From assembly GCF_009914755.1 (NCBI RefSeq), contig NC_060932.1: DNA of 64,000 bases. One strand, written 5' to 3'. Each line of letters starts with the position of its first letter. Positions within the stretch are counted from its first letter, which is position 1. The notes below the pieces were generated by a model. That model ran no database searches, had not been told where the DNA came from, and saw only the letters and a program-made list of their open reading frames with translations. The position numbers were made by a program, and so were the translations under genes. The DNA is from the human T2T-CHM13v2.0 reference genome, Homo sapiens. Shown here piece after piece: positions 39,496 through 55,106 of this stretch.

Positions 39496-42052
39496 AGGAA
39501 GTTCCTGGTTTAAGGACGAAGCTGAATGTATGTCATTCCCCCTAAATTTGCGCCCATTTGCTCTGGTTCAAGCTTACTATCCAAGAGTGAATATGTTCTC
39601 TCGCTTTTCCAAATGATAGCCGCTCTATTAAGTACAACCATACTGTCACCATTTATGATTTACTCCAAACACAATGGACCAGGTTCCTTCAAATGTCAGT
39701 AATACGGCGTAGTTCATGATCCTTTGGTGATGACATCATAGAAGGCAAATATGACTCCACAGCAAATAAGTGAAGTGAGCCTGACAGGCTTCATCTGTAT
39801 TTCTTTAGGGAGAAACAGGGCTTTAGGAATGAAGTATGGCTTCTCATTGTCCACATGATGCTTGGTCAGCAGAGGGCTAGGCCTCTCAGGTCATTCCTGT
39901 ACCCTAGGGATCCATGGGGGGAAAAGTGACCCTCTCCATGTACTTCTGAGGTCATGAAGGTCATTCAGCCAGTTGCAAGAAGAACTGGAGCTAGAAGCCA
40001 ACCCCACTCCCACTTCCTACCGTATCTTCTTTCTACCTGCTCCTTCCCTATCCTCCCTCTTGCCTATGGCAGACACTGTGCTTTTAAGGTACAGTCAGTT
40101 TTAAGTCTAAAAATGAGAAGTTGTTTTTACACAGTCTTGCTATAATTAAGTCATCAGCACAACTCATGAAAACATAACAGTGCCTTTTTAATTAGTGTCT
40201 TGAATGTGAATGAATGGTTCATTATTCTTTCCCATCTCAAGCTGAGATCATTATTAAAGTCTGAAGAAATAATAAATAGCCAGACAGGGAAATTCAGAAC
40301 TGCTTGGTGAGGGTCACTTTTCCCCCTGGGTCCCCAGAATACAGGAATGACCTTTGAGGCCTGGTGTCTGACCAAGCAGCATGTGGACAATGAGAAGCCA
40401 AAGAAAGCTCCTAACATTTGGGCTCGGGTCACCCTCAGAGCAAAGGCATACCATTGAAAGAATAAGGAGACTTTCTAAAAAGACTCACCTGGTTCTCCTT
40501 TGAGGTTTATTGGATTTAGATAAATAAGCAATCCTATTTAAGTCCAATATGTTGATTCTGGGCCAGAGAAGTCAGAGTTGTCTTTTATGTGTCTACTCTA
40601 CAAAAATGTGTTGAGAACCTACCGTGTACCAGTTCCTGTGCTCAGTGCTGGGATCCAAGATAACTAAGATGCAGTCCTTGACTTCAAATATGAGATTCTG
40701 TTATATGTGAATAATGATTGCAGTACTCTAGGACACATCCATTCAGGAAGGCTGTTTGGCTGTTGTCCTGATATATACAAAGGTCTTGCCAAGGAGCTGA
40801 TGTTTAAAAAACTAGGTCTTGAAAATTGAGTGAGTAGCTGTGCCCCTTCCTCTACAAAATGTTATATAGCAGAACTTTTTCCTACAGCCCTCTACATATT
40901 TCATGACACCTGCTAGACAGAACCTGCCATATAACCATATAAAGAAATAAAGGAAGTGATTTTAATTTCAACTGCATTTATTGAGCACCTTTTTGGCAAG
41001 ACACAGAGGGGGTTATAAAAGATACAGTTTCTGAGTGTCAGCCTATAATTGGTGGCCATTGTTCTCTATATAAAGAGGTCAAACTGTAATGATTACCACA
41101 TTCTGTGATTAACCGAGAGATGGCCTAGTCCCAATTATAAAACTAATTTGGGAAGGAGTCTTTCCCTCCTGGCGTCTCATCTGTAAAAATGAAGAGGTCA
41201 AACACAGAGGCCTGAAGCTTCCCGTGCTGTGAGTCTATGATGTTATGATTTCTGTGAAATATGCTTCTGCCTTTGAAACACAGTCCCAGAATGATTCTAC
41301 CCTCAAGGACAGCATCAAAAACTCAGCTAAATGCTGGGGTATCTGATGGTCAAGAAGAAAATCCATTATCCCAGAACATTCAAGGAGAATTGAAAAATTT
41401 CATACCAAATGTAGCCCACAACCTTGCTTGTCATGGTAAGAAGACAGAGACAGAAGTGTGTACAGGCCCAGGGAGCTGGGTTGTAAGTGGAGGCGCATTA
41501 GCTGAATGAAGTGATGGCAAGGAGCAGGCACGCATAAATATTCCATGACACCCAGTTGATTTATCAGAATGAGTTCCAGCCCTCATTTGTGAAACCAGCA
41601 ATGAGTCTTTTGGTTGTTCTTTGGCCGCTGCCATCCACTATGCTCTGCCTATGGCTGAAGTTCTTCTGCTCCACCAAAAAAATCATCCCCAATCTACTCT
41701 CCCTTAACACTACCAAGCTACTGAAGTTTTCCAGCATTTGGCTTATGAAATATTCACACCAAGTGTAGCAGGACACTTGAGAAAATGGAGGCAATGGAAA
41801 TTGAGAGAGGTGATGTATGAAACAGCAACAGTGCTCAAAATGGAATGCCAGATTTTCCTAACACTTGAGTCTGGACTCTTTTCATTTAGAATGCTTCTCA
41901 ACTTTGTCAAGTTATGGCACACACAAAAAATGTTAACATTTGTCTGGCACAATGGAATTAATAGATGGGACTCCCTGAAACTGGACAAGATACACGCTGA
42001 AGTTCCCAGGTATCCCACCCCAAGGACTAAAGGAATAGCTTAGCACCGTTAT

Positions 42053-42400
42053 GGTATTAGTCAATTTATGCCAGCTGTTGTAACAACCAAAATCTCAGTG
42101 GATTAACACAAGCAAGGTTTATTTCTTATTTGGGTCACTGTCTAACTAGGCATTCCAAGTAGCAAGTGGTTTTCTAAATAGTGGTTCCGGGATCACAGCT
42201 CCTTCTATCTGTGGCTCTCCCATCCTCTACACTCTCCTGAGAATCCTCCATTGTTTGATTTATATACAGCCTGCTGATAAGCCAAGAGACAGAAGGAGGA
42301 GAATCATAGGACATCTTATGACAGTCAGGCATCCACCACTGTCTCCTGTATCCCATTGAGCAGATAGCAGCCACATGGTCCGTATGGCAAAAGATCCTAG
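42053..42400 (-). mobile_element. LTR33/LTR16-type ERVL LTR fragment
   Basis: gctgttgtaacaaccaaaatctcagtggattaacac...tttatttctt...ccttctatctgtggctc. Confidence 0.5.
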
Positions 42401-42489
42401 TGCCCCTGACTACCCAGAGCAGAATGGGGTGGCTGAGCATCTTCCCATTATCTGTCACAGGCTTAGCCAGGCTCTTCCTTTGACCTTAG

Positions 42490-42628
42490 GTCCCCAAAGT
42501 GTGCTCCATGATTAGCAGCCCTGGCAGCACCTGGGGCCTTTTCAGAACTACAGAAGCTCAGGCCCTAGCTTAGGGCTGTGCATTTCAGTAAGATCCCTAG
42601 GTCATCTTGTTTTGAGAAATATTGCACC
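42490..42628. mobile_element. MER5-type hAT fragment
   Basis: ccccaaagtgtgctcc...ggcagcacctgggg...tgcatttcagtaagatccctaggt...tttgagaa. Confidence 0.65.
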
Positions 42629-42861
42629 AGACCACTCACCCATCTAGTGACCATCAAAACTGCCAAACCCATCAAAACAGCAAAGAATTTTAATCAGTAA
42701 GTTTTCTATGGTCATGAACTCCCAACTCAAAATTATGTGGATACATAAAGAAAGGCACCTATCTTGCAAGAGCATCAATATTTATTAATCATGTATTTAG
42801 TGTCAAATACAAAACCAGAAACATCACACACATTATCTCATTTAAGGACTACCATAATCCT

Positions 42862-43168
<307 letters not shown>

Positions 43169-43913
43169 CTACCACAATCCTGAGGGAGGAGTCATGATCT
43201 TTGCTAAAGAAAAGTGAGGAAAAAGTAAGTTTGATATGTAAAGAAACTTACCCAAGACCCCCCTGGCTGGTTAGTGAGACAGTAAGACCAGAATTCAGAG
43301 CTACATGTTTCTAGTCTGGGACTTTCAGTGTTCTGCCGTGCAGTAGTTTAGCTGCATTTCAAGCTCAGTCTTTAGACAATGGCCCAGTCGATAATAACTT
43401 GAAAAGGGCTCTAGAATTATGTAATTTGGAGAAGAAAATGAAATGCTCAACAGAAGCTTAAAACATGCACATTTAAAAATTTTAAATTATTCCATGTAAA
43501 AAAGATTTTCTTGAAGTTAGATTAAAAAGAGATCTTACAGGCTGTTCCAGTTAATTTTAACCTCAGTGAGAAATGTCACATTTCCCATGCACATTTGATT
43601 AGGCATCCAGGAGTGTCAGGACATCCTGTCCCATGGTGGATTTCTGTGAGAATTATATGGTCTATGGAAATAATTATAAAACAAAGTCTCATCTCAATGT
43701 GAACAAGAGGAAGAAAATAAACCTCTAATATTCTGATATTCCAAGGACATGGCAAACCAAGATGGACTCTGAGCTCTGAAATGCCCTTTCATCCTTACAC
43801 TTCTCCTATTTAGTAATACTTGTTAACTCCTGTGGTAATTGTTTGCATCTCACTGGGGATATGTTTGAATTTATTATGATCTCGACAGGCAGAGAATTTC
43901 TCATCGTGTTGAC

Positions 43914-44100
43914 CAGTAGTTCTCAAAGGTAAGTGAGCATGAGGATACTGGGAAAGACTATGCACATGTATATTCCTGAGCCCCATCCCCAGAAATTCTG
44001 ACTCAGCACATGTGGACTGGCACTCAGGAATCTAAATGCTAAAAATGCAGCCTAGGTGATATTCCTGCAGGTGGTCCATGGTCGTCACTTTGAAAAATAA
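43914..44100. mobile_element. MER5A/B hAT element
   Basis: cagtagttctcaaag...ccccagaaattctgactcag...caggaatct...ggtgat...gcaggtggtcc...cactttgaaaa. Confidence 0.8.
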
Positions 44101-44813
44101 GAATGTCTTTTGCAGCATTGCAGTCATTCATTTGCAGTCTGCTCACTCCTTTCTGTCATTATGGTAGGACCCCATTTCTCATTCTCTTACTTCTTAATGA
44201 TCAGCTCCTTGCCTAGAATCTCAGGACACAATTATTTTAATCTATAATTCTCAATAAACATTTGCTTAATAAAGGAAAATAAGTGTATAAAATAAAGAAG
44301 GTGAAGTAGATGAATGAATAAAAGAATGAATATCAAGTACAATGGGCTTCACTGCAGCATGTTGTAAGGTACTGCCCCTGTCTGTCGTAACCTACTGGGG
44401 ATTGAACCGACATATTTTTCTGTTTCTGTGCTAAATAATTCTGGGACAAAGCATATTTTCCTGTTTTGTGCCAGGCAATATTGAGATCAAACAAAAATAA
44501 TTTGTCTTCATTTCCAAAAAATATCTTCTCTTAAAAAATAAGGCTATGTCTTAATTGATCAGCTTACATATCAGGGCTAACAGCATCAATACGCACATCA
44601 ACACCCTCACCTGCTTTGCCATGCACAGAAATCAAGTGTTCACATTATAAACTCTGCTCAATCTTAACTAGTTCCCCACCTTGCAACCAGTTCCCTACCA
44701 CTCAAGAGATAGTGAAGACTGAAACCACAGTAGAAGTCACCTACTTTGAAATACTACTAATCCACTCTCTTCATTTCTTATTTTGAAGATACTATGAGAC
44801 TGTTGAGGTGACG

Positions 44814-45104
44814 TCGCAAGAACAAAAAACCAAACACCGCATATTCTCACTCATAGGTGGGGATTGAACAATGAGAACACATGGACACAGGAAGGGGAAC
44901 ATCACACTCTGGGGACTGTTGTGGGGTGGGGGGAGAGGGGAGATACACCTAATGCTAAATGACGAGTTAATGGGTGCAGCACACCAGCATGGCACATGTA
45001 TACATAGGCAACTAACCTGCACATTGTGCACATGTACTCTAAAACTTAAAGTATAATAATAATAAAACAAAATAAAATAAAATAAAATAAAATAAAATAA
45101 AAAA
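44814..45104 (+). mobile_element. Young 5'-truncated L1PA2/PA3-type 3' end with (TAAAA)n tail
   Basis: tcgcaagaacaaaaaaccaaacaccgcatattctcactcatagg...aatgacgagttaatggg (GAG, non-Ta)...aaacttaaagtataat; CpGs retained. Confidence 0.93.
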
Positions 45105-46127
45105 TCATCTTAATAAGCTTAACCTTCCTTGATCAGAAAGTTTTCTGGGGAGTCAACAACAAATACTACAAAGCCTCTTAGCACAGAACTATATAAAACC
45201 CAGCACACCATGAGCCTTCAATCATTGCTCTAGACTGGACCAAGAACCCTGACTTATGTTATATTACTATGAGTAACCCTATAATATGTAATATATAATA
45301 TTACTCTGGTAATCCTCTAATAATAACATATAACATGTATTTATAATATATTTATATTTATAATATGCTCTATATTATAGGGTTATCCAGAATGATTTTC
45401 AAGCCAACCCCTTCTGGGTTGCCTGGGTTGGAGAAAACAGAAAGACGGAACCTGTTGTATTCATTCATACATTTATTTGTGCATTCATTTGACAAATATT
45501 TATTGGAGAATTATATTGAGCTGGGCACTAGGGATAAAATGCTATGCATTCGCTGTCTAGCAGAGGAGATAGCTATGTAAACTGATCAGTGTAATGATGT
45601 GTCACAAGGGCTGTGATGAGTCTATTGGGAATGGTAGGAACATGAAAAACAGAGTGGTCTGTTCTACCTGGAGAGGGAGGGAGTACCACTTTGTGCATAA
45701 TGGACTTGATGCTTGAGCTGAGATTTGTAAGATTAGGTAAGATTAGATATTACTAAGAAGATGAGGTAAGATAAACATCACAGAAGACAGAAGGAGCAAA
45801 GTTCCGGAGGCATAAAGAGGCTGGGGTCAATGGAGTTATAAGTATTTTGTCTTTTCTGGAACACAGAATTTGAAAAATAAGTATGGAAATGTTAGTAAGG
45901 GCCAGCGAGATAACAAAATGCCTTATCTCGAAAGGGTATTTGACTTGATAAAACACTGAAGGGTTTTTATTAAGATAATGACAGGACAAGACTTATATTG
46001 TAGAAAATTCCTTCTGGTGACAGAGTAGAAAGTGAACTGGGAGGCAAAATGACACTGGACCCAAGGAGAGTAGTTGGTAAGCCATTACATTTGTCCCATC
46101 AAGAGATAGTGAAGGTTGCAACCAAGG

Positions 46128-46876
<749 letters not shown>

Positions 46877-47522
46877 AAAGCAAATTGTAGTAGAGAGTGG
46901 GATGGGGGGAAAAACAAACTATGGTTAGGGAATAGAAACTTTAGGGCTCAGAGAAGACTGAAAATGGGATTTAGGAAACATGGCGGGGGGGGTCAAGGTG
47001 AACCCAAAGCTCTGTACTTTTTTCAGTGTTGGACACAGTGTATATGAATATCTAAGAGTTTTCCAACTAAAGGAGTCTGACAGGAAAAAGTGCTGGTCTG
47101 TGGGCCAGGAAGAAGGGGCAGACTGAAGGGTCCCAAATGTCCACAGGAGAGGGAGCCCATCCCAGGCACAGTGTACAACCTGAGACACCTGCAGAGTACT
47201 TTGGAGAGAAAAATGTACACTCTTCAGTACGTGTGCCGTGTAACTCAGGAAACAGATGTTTCTCCTGCCTGTCCTTCAATCCGAGGGCTAATGTGTTTTA
47301 ATTAAGCCTTGACAAATGTCATTTTATTCAATTGACTGTCTTGTCCACTTGTGTAACATGACTCCCATTCCAACTCTATCTGCTTGTTGTAGCATCATTC
47401 TGTCTGTTTTTCTCCCTTAACATTTCTTACTTGGCTCTTCTCCACTTTAGTTCCCTAGCTATTGCCCCAGTTCCAGTTCTCACTACTGATTTGGCCTCCT
47501 AATTTTTATTCCCTACCTCTAG

Positions 47523-47824
<302 letters not shown>

Positions 47825-48919
47825 CCTTCTCTTCTTTTTTCCCCAAATCCATCCTCCAAATGCAATCCAGAGATTATTTTCTCAAATACAAACCTGATTA
47901 TGCAGTGACTCTCTAAGACTTCCAGGAGTAAGTCCGACTTCCTTTGCCTGTTGAGTCCTTTGACATCCAAACCCTTTACACTTCTCCAGTCTTTCTCTGA
48001 GTGTGTCCTTTAAATTTCTGAATCTCATTATTATCCTGCTACTCACAGCTCTTCAAACTTCACTCTACTGTGATTGTTATTCCTTCTGTCCAGATTGACT
48101 TTATCTTTGTTGAACCCCTTACTCATGTCCCTAAGTGTTACCTTCTTTATGAAGCCTACAGAATTCCTAACCCAGTGCAAGAACTGACCACCTTCTCCTT
48201 TATACACACGCTGTGAACATGGGGTTTCTCTACAATCCTGGACTATACATATTATGCTTCTGTCTCTCTAGACTACAGTCACAGAAGAGTGTCTGCATCA
48301 TATTTATCTTTATAGTTGCAGCACCCAGGAAAGTGGCACATAGTAGGACTTAAAAACTAGTGATAAATGAGAACAACAAAACTATTTAAATCCTGCTGGA
48401 AGCCTGCTCTCCAAGATAAGTGCATCCAGTGTAAGTCCCCTGAGATTCTCCTATCAGGGCCGGGTGATTTACGAGTTGTATGATTTATCAGGCTCCATGT
48501 ACCAGGTGTCACCTCTGCATTCAGCTTCACTGATCAAGAAAATGAATTCGATCCTGGATCTCTGTCCTTCCAATAGCAGCTTGCCAGGAGAAGTCGTTAA
48601 TGTGATACATTATCTTGCCGGCTGTTAATATCATGTACCCGTCTTGTTTCCCTTCTTTTAGTTCAGCTGAGCATCAATTTGTGCCATGATATTTACATGA
48701 ATATCTTCATTTCATCAGTACCATTGTCCATCTGTTTGGCTGAGGGCTGAATTACAGAGCTGTGGCCAGGAATGGAGGCATTAGGCAGTCTAAATGCTAA
48801 CTTCTCCCAAGAGAGAAGGGCAGTCCCGTTTTCAGTTTTCCTGCCCCTGCTTGCTGCTGAAATGCAGCCTAGCAGACATAGAGCAGGAATTAGAAAAATC
48901 ATCCTTTAACAGAAAGTTA

Positions 48920-49239
<320 letters not shown>

Positions 49240-49469
49240 AGAAAATGATGAGGTAATTTGTCTTCTCTAAGATAGAGGCTATGCCATGAAAGCTGAGTGC
49301 AGAACGTGAAGGAAGCACCCTGGCCTCCTTAGCTGAGTCCCTAGTCTGCAATCCCAGATCTAACAAATACACATTATTCACTCATTTAAACATAGTTAAC
49401 ATGAGCTTACTACAAGCCAGACACAGTGGACTATGAATTCAAAATAATCTCTGAATTTATGACTCTTCC

Positions 49470-50300
49470 ATTCCATCAAGTCAACAAATATGTCTTGTAC
49501 ACCTACTGTATACCAAGCACTATGCTAAGTCCTGGGGATGAAGCATTGATTAAACCAAGGACATGCTCTGAAAGACTCAGAAGGTGACGTTTGACAACCA
49601 CATTTGGAAAAACAGCTTTCCACGCAGAAAAGAATGGCTCTTGCAAAAGGCTCCAGGACAGAAATGAGTCTGACACATTCAAGGCACAGAGAAAAGGTGG
49701 AGTGGTGTGAGTGAGCAGCGGGAGTGGAGGTGGGGGTTGCGGACAGAATCTAAGGGATGGCAGTGGCCATGGCAAGCCTTGGATCTTACTCTACATGTGA
49801 TGAGAAGACATTGAAGAGTTTTAAGAGAAGCGCTGCCATCACGTGTATTACTTTTTAAACAGATCATTTAGTCAACCCCCCTCGTGGAGAATGGGCTGCA
49901 GAGGAACAAGGCTGGAGGGAAACCAGTTAGAACTATTTCATTTGTCAAGATGAGAAATAAGGTAGCTGGAACGGGGGTTGTTGCAGGGAATATGGTAAGA
50001 AGTGATTGAATTGGGATGTATTTTGCAGTAAAGGGGCCAGGACTTTCTAATGGAAGAGAATGGGTTATGTGTGAAAGACAGAACAAAGCTAACTCTGAGG
50101 TTTGTGGCGTGAGCAACTTTGTGGATGGCAGCACCATCTTTAAGGTAGGGAAGTCTTGGGAGTGGGGAGCAGATTTGGAAAGGAAAATCAATAGGTCTGT
50201 TTCTAACATGTTATGTTTGAGATGCCAATCAGACATCCAAGGGAGGATGCCAAACGTGCTTATGAAAGGCGGAGAGAAGGAGGCAGCCAGGTGAGGACAT
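49470..50300 (-). mobile_element. L2 fragment
   Basis: tcaacaaata...acctactgtataccaagcactatgctaag; ttttaaacagatcat; catgttatgtttgagatgcc...agacatccaag. Confidence 0.75.
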
Positions 50301-50459
50301 GGAAACAGAAGTGCAGGGTGGCATAGAGGCATTCATTGCACAGATTGAAACGCAACTCATATTGCTGAGCATCTGCCACGTGTCAGGCATCAGACTTTAA
50401 CTCTCAAGTGCATTATCTCATTTCACCCACACCACAAGGGAGGTGTGATTTCCTGAATG

Positions 50460-50690
50460 ATGGAGGGCTTCAGAGTGAGAGCACTGCAGTCTACCGCATT
50501 TGTACCCCAGTTCTGCTACTTTCTGTCTGTGTGACCTTGAGCAAGTTATTTAACCACTACAGGTCTTTGTTTCCTCATCTGTAAACTGGAAATAGTAATA
50601 CAACCTTTATGAAGAGTAAAGAGGTAATGTATGTAGACATCAAATTACAGCACATATAAACAATTACCAAATAATAGGCATTATCATTAT
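50460..50690 (+). mobile_element. MIR (preceded by an antisense MIR piece at about 50355-50455)
   Basis: tgtgtgaccttgagcaagttatttaacc...tttcctcatctgtaaactgg. Confidence 0.85.
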
Positions 50691-50708
50691 CATTCTTTAT
50701 GTTCATTC

Positions 50709-51471
<763 letters not shown>

Positions 51472-53859
51472 AGTTCTATTTTATGAAAGAGGAGATGAAA
51501 GTTCCAAAGAGGTGACATGGCTCTCCTAAGGTCACCTGGCAAAACGTCGGCATCCCTGAACCCATGTCAGAGAATATGCTTCCCCCACTCAGCACCTGTG
51601 AAGGGTCAAGTGCACTATTAGAAACTCAGCTTGCAAATGACTTAGTCATGCCCTACAGGGACCCATAGTCCACGGATGAGACAGGCAGAAAATTGAGCAA
51701 AGAGAATGAGATGCTGACACCAAGGTACTAGGAAAGGTCCGTGGGAGTATAGACTGAGGGAGCCATTCTGATTTGTGCAGGGCTCAAGAATTTGACAAGG
51801 CAGGTGAAAGAATGGCTGGATGTGGAGCAGCAGATGTAAGGAGGGACCAGTCCCTGTAAGACTTGGGAAAGAGTCAGGACAAGTGGTACTGTTTGCACAA
51901 GCTGCCGGCACTGTGCAAAACATAGACAAGCATCATCTCACAAAGACCTCATGCCAGCACTTTGAAGGAGGGTATTATCAGTCATGAATTCAACAGCTAA
52001 GAACACTGAAGTTTGAGGGGCTAAGTCACTATCCCCAGATCACATGGTCAGTGCCTATGGACAGAAACTGTAGGAAATTATTGGTCTAAGCCTTCTGCTG
52101 TGCTGGTTCTCATCTCAGTTACTAGCTGCCTGACTTTGAAAAGGCAATTACCTTACCCCAGGCTCCTCATCTGCAACCCAGGAATGGCAATAATCATAGT
52201 TGATGGTCAGCATGCACATTACCCCTGCAGCAATACCAGTCTAGTGGTCTCAGGTGGGCCTCCTCAATGCTAGTAAGGCCACAGAGACACAAGATCAAGA
52301 ATGGTTCTTACCAGAATTCTCCCCAGTTCCTTCTGAACATTAATAGTGGACAATGAGGTTGCCGGTCTTTTTGCAGCATCTTTGGGGGGATCAGAGGCAG
52401 GAAAGGCCAATTATAAAATATTCTGAGAGTTGGTCACAAACACAAAAAAAAGGATAGAGAAATTGAGTGTTAAGTGTTTCTAACAAAGAGGAACAGATGT
52501 AGCAAACTGGGTTCACAGACACACGGCAATTTCATCTCAATTGGATGTTAGCTCTAGCCTGTTTAACAAATACACCTGCTGCCTAAGGAGATCATCAATT
52601 CAACTTTAAAATGAGTCACAGAGGGGTGCAGCAAACTAATATAGGTCTAGGTAGTTTTAAAAAGCAGAAGGCAGCTGGCTGAAGTGTGGGAAAATGAGAA
52701 AGGAGTATAGCGTGGTTGGCTCCACAGATAAGAAGCATGACTTGGATGTGGATCCATGTCATCCCAAGTACTGTCCTTAAACAGAGATGCAATAAGAGAC
52801 TTTTATTGATTGCTTATCACATGCCTGGAATATTCTAAGCATGGTTACACTACATATTCTGGCTGTCACTCACACCAGAAGGATTTTTAGAACTCTGTGT
52901 CCTCGCCTCCTGGGTTATTCAGAATACACTCCAGTAAAGAAGATGTTATTTTTATTTCTATTCTCTATACATTAGGGAAATAAGGCAGAGGAATATTTGG
53001 ACCCAGGGAATCTTCCTCCCAAGTGTGTGCTCTTAATCACTATTCGACTCAACTTCAAGTCTAGCCCACAGGAAGAACAAAGAGATGAACAGGATTTAAG
53101 TCAGCTGTTGGAGGATTCCAAGCTAGGCTTTCCCTCTCGAACATAAAACCGCAGATGTGGGTAGAATCAGGGATAAAAGTGAGCAGAGACTCTAGTAATT
53201 CTGCAGAAGCCCCAGGGGCTGCCATGAAGTTTAAAGTTTCCAGCATCAGTAGAACAGCCCTGAGAGCAACTCCAATCCATCCTGCCAAGAGTTTCCGGCA
53301 CTCTGACCAGTTGTGTACAGTTGGTTGTGGGAGTGGGCCCTGCAGCCTGCATAGGACTGGGCTCACTTCTGCTGGATCTGGGATTTAATGGGAGAGGGAA
53401 CTCAGAAAGGAAACAGACTGCTGATGCTGTTAAATACATTATTCAGTGTGTTTGTTATGCAGACTATTTGTGCCTACAAAGATTTTGTGGTGCCTTCATC
53501 AGATGAAGACCAAAAAGTGAAGAAAATCTAAATATCAGGAAATCAACAGATTCTACAAGATGGTGTTCCCTGTACCTTCTAACAGACAACCTGTATATAG
53601 CAAGACTATCATGAGGTGGAGCGCTCATTACGTTTGAGTCAGGGCAGCTGCATGCATGACATATCGGAGGAGATGTTTAGTAACATGGGAAGGAGCAAAC
53701 CTTGGCACCCCTTGGGAGCCAGACCAGGAAGTGCAGAGGAGGCAGCTCTTGGCCACCACTGTGTTCATGAGCTGTCTCTACCCATGTGACTTTCTTTTTC
53801 AACACTGGTATGGACTCTAGAGGCTAACTCTGGAAGCCCTAGAATTGTCCAAATACAAA

Positions 53860-54030
53860 AGGCTGGAATAAGTCCCCAGTTGTATGATTTTAGCTGAGTT
53901 ATTTAAACTTTTGAAGCTTCAGTTTTGTCTACTCCAAAATAAGATTAATAATAGTGGGTGCTGTTGCAGGGATTAAATCACATAGTGTACACTAGATACT
54001 TAGGGGGGCACTCAATAAGTGGAAAGTAAT
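53860..54030 (+). mobile_element. MIR fragment
   Basis: gttatttaaactttt...cttcagtttt...aataatagt...gggattaaat...cactcaataagt. Confidence 0.65.
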
Positions 54031-54092
54031 AACTTTTGTTAATGAATGTTTGCTGTTGCTATTAATGAAGTTCTCTACAAGAAATCTTGTGC

Positions 54093-54094
<2 letters not shown>

Positions 54095-54123
<29 letters not shown>
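54095..54123. repeat. (TG)n microsatellite
   Basis: Seen directly. Confidence 0.97.
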
Positions 54124-54124
<1 letters not shown>

Positions 54125-55106
54125 ATGGTTGCATGGATGTATCACTGATAATAGACCAATATTACAATGTACTGTTGTCTAATTTTCACTGGAAAGCCTT
54201 CATGAAGGAAGTAGAATTTAATCTGGGCTTTCAAAGAAAAATTGACATTGATCAGAGAAGAAAAGGGTGAAGGGTTTTCCAGACAGAGACACCTGCATAG
54301 ACAAAGCACAAAATTGCCTGATATATGGTAACCCATGGAGCCTGACACCTCTGTGAGGGAATTGCCTTAGCCTCTGGCTGTCTTAGAAGTGATGCTTTCT
54401 TTTCTAAATGACAGAATAAAGGCTCAGCAGGTGCCACATTTTATATCTCTATTTGAGAAACTCCAGTTTATCTCTTCTGACCACAGCAGTTCAGTCCAAA
54501 TGGCCACATCATGGACACCCACAACCAAGTCTAATCTGTGTCCCTCCCTGGTGCCCAGATAGATCAGGCTGTAAGAAACCTTCTGGAAAAAAAAAAAACA
54601 ATTCTGAAGGAAAAACTCTTGACCTTGATCTGCAAACACCTGGGTCACAGTGACGAAGTACGATTTGGGGAACAGCTGGCACCTCCACTTCCTCTCTGAA
54701 TGTTAAACTTCAACTACTCCTTCAGGCTCCAGATTCAGAGTGCCCCAATTACAGAGATGACTGAAAGTAAAACCGATGTGCGGCATTGGGAGGGTGCTGT
54801 GTATGTCCATGCACCAGGACTACTAGAAAGTGGGAGGAGTCTCCTCTGCTCCCACACAGAACGAAGTGTGGCTTCAGGACAGTGGAACATCCAGAACAAT
54901 CTGAAATATACTCAGGGAGGCACCAAGAAACTAGCATTATTAGGGGAAAAAAAGGACAAAAGCCAAGCACCAGCCCAGCATCTCTAGGGACAGTAGCAGG
55001 CACACCAGCAGGGACTAAGCAATGCCAGCAGCCAGCAAGGGTGCAGCAGAGACAGCAGCCCTCCAGGAGCACCAGGAGCACCAACTGGCAGCAGGCACCA
55101 TGGTGA

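Noticed and set aside
53061-53506. Cluster of 60-100 aa ORFs in non-repeat sequence
   Set aside because: No recognisable protein similarity or convincing splice boundaries
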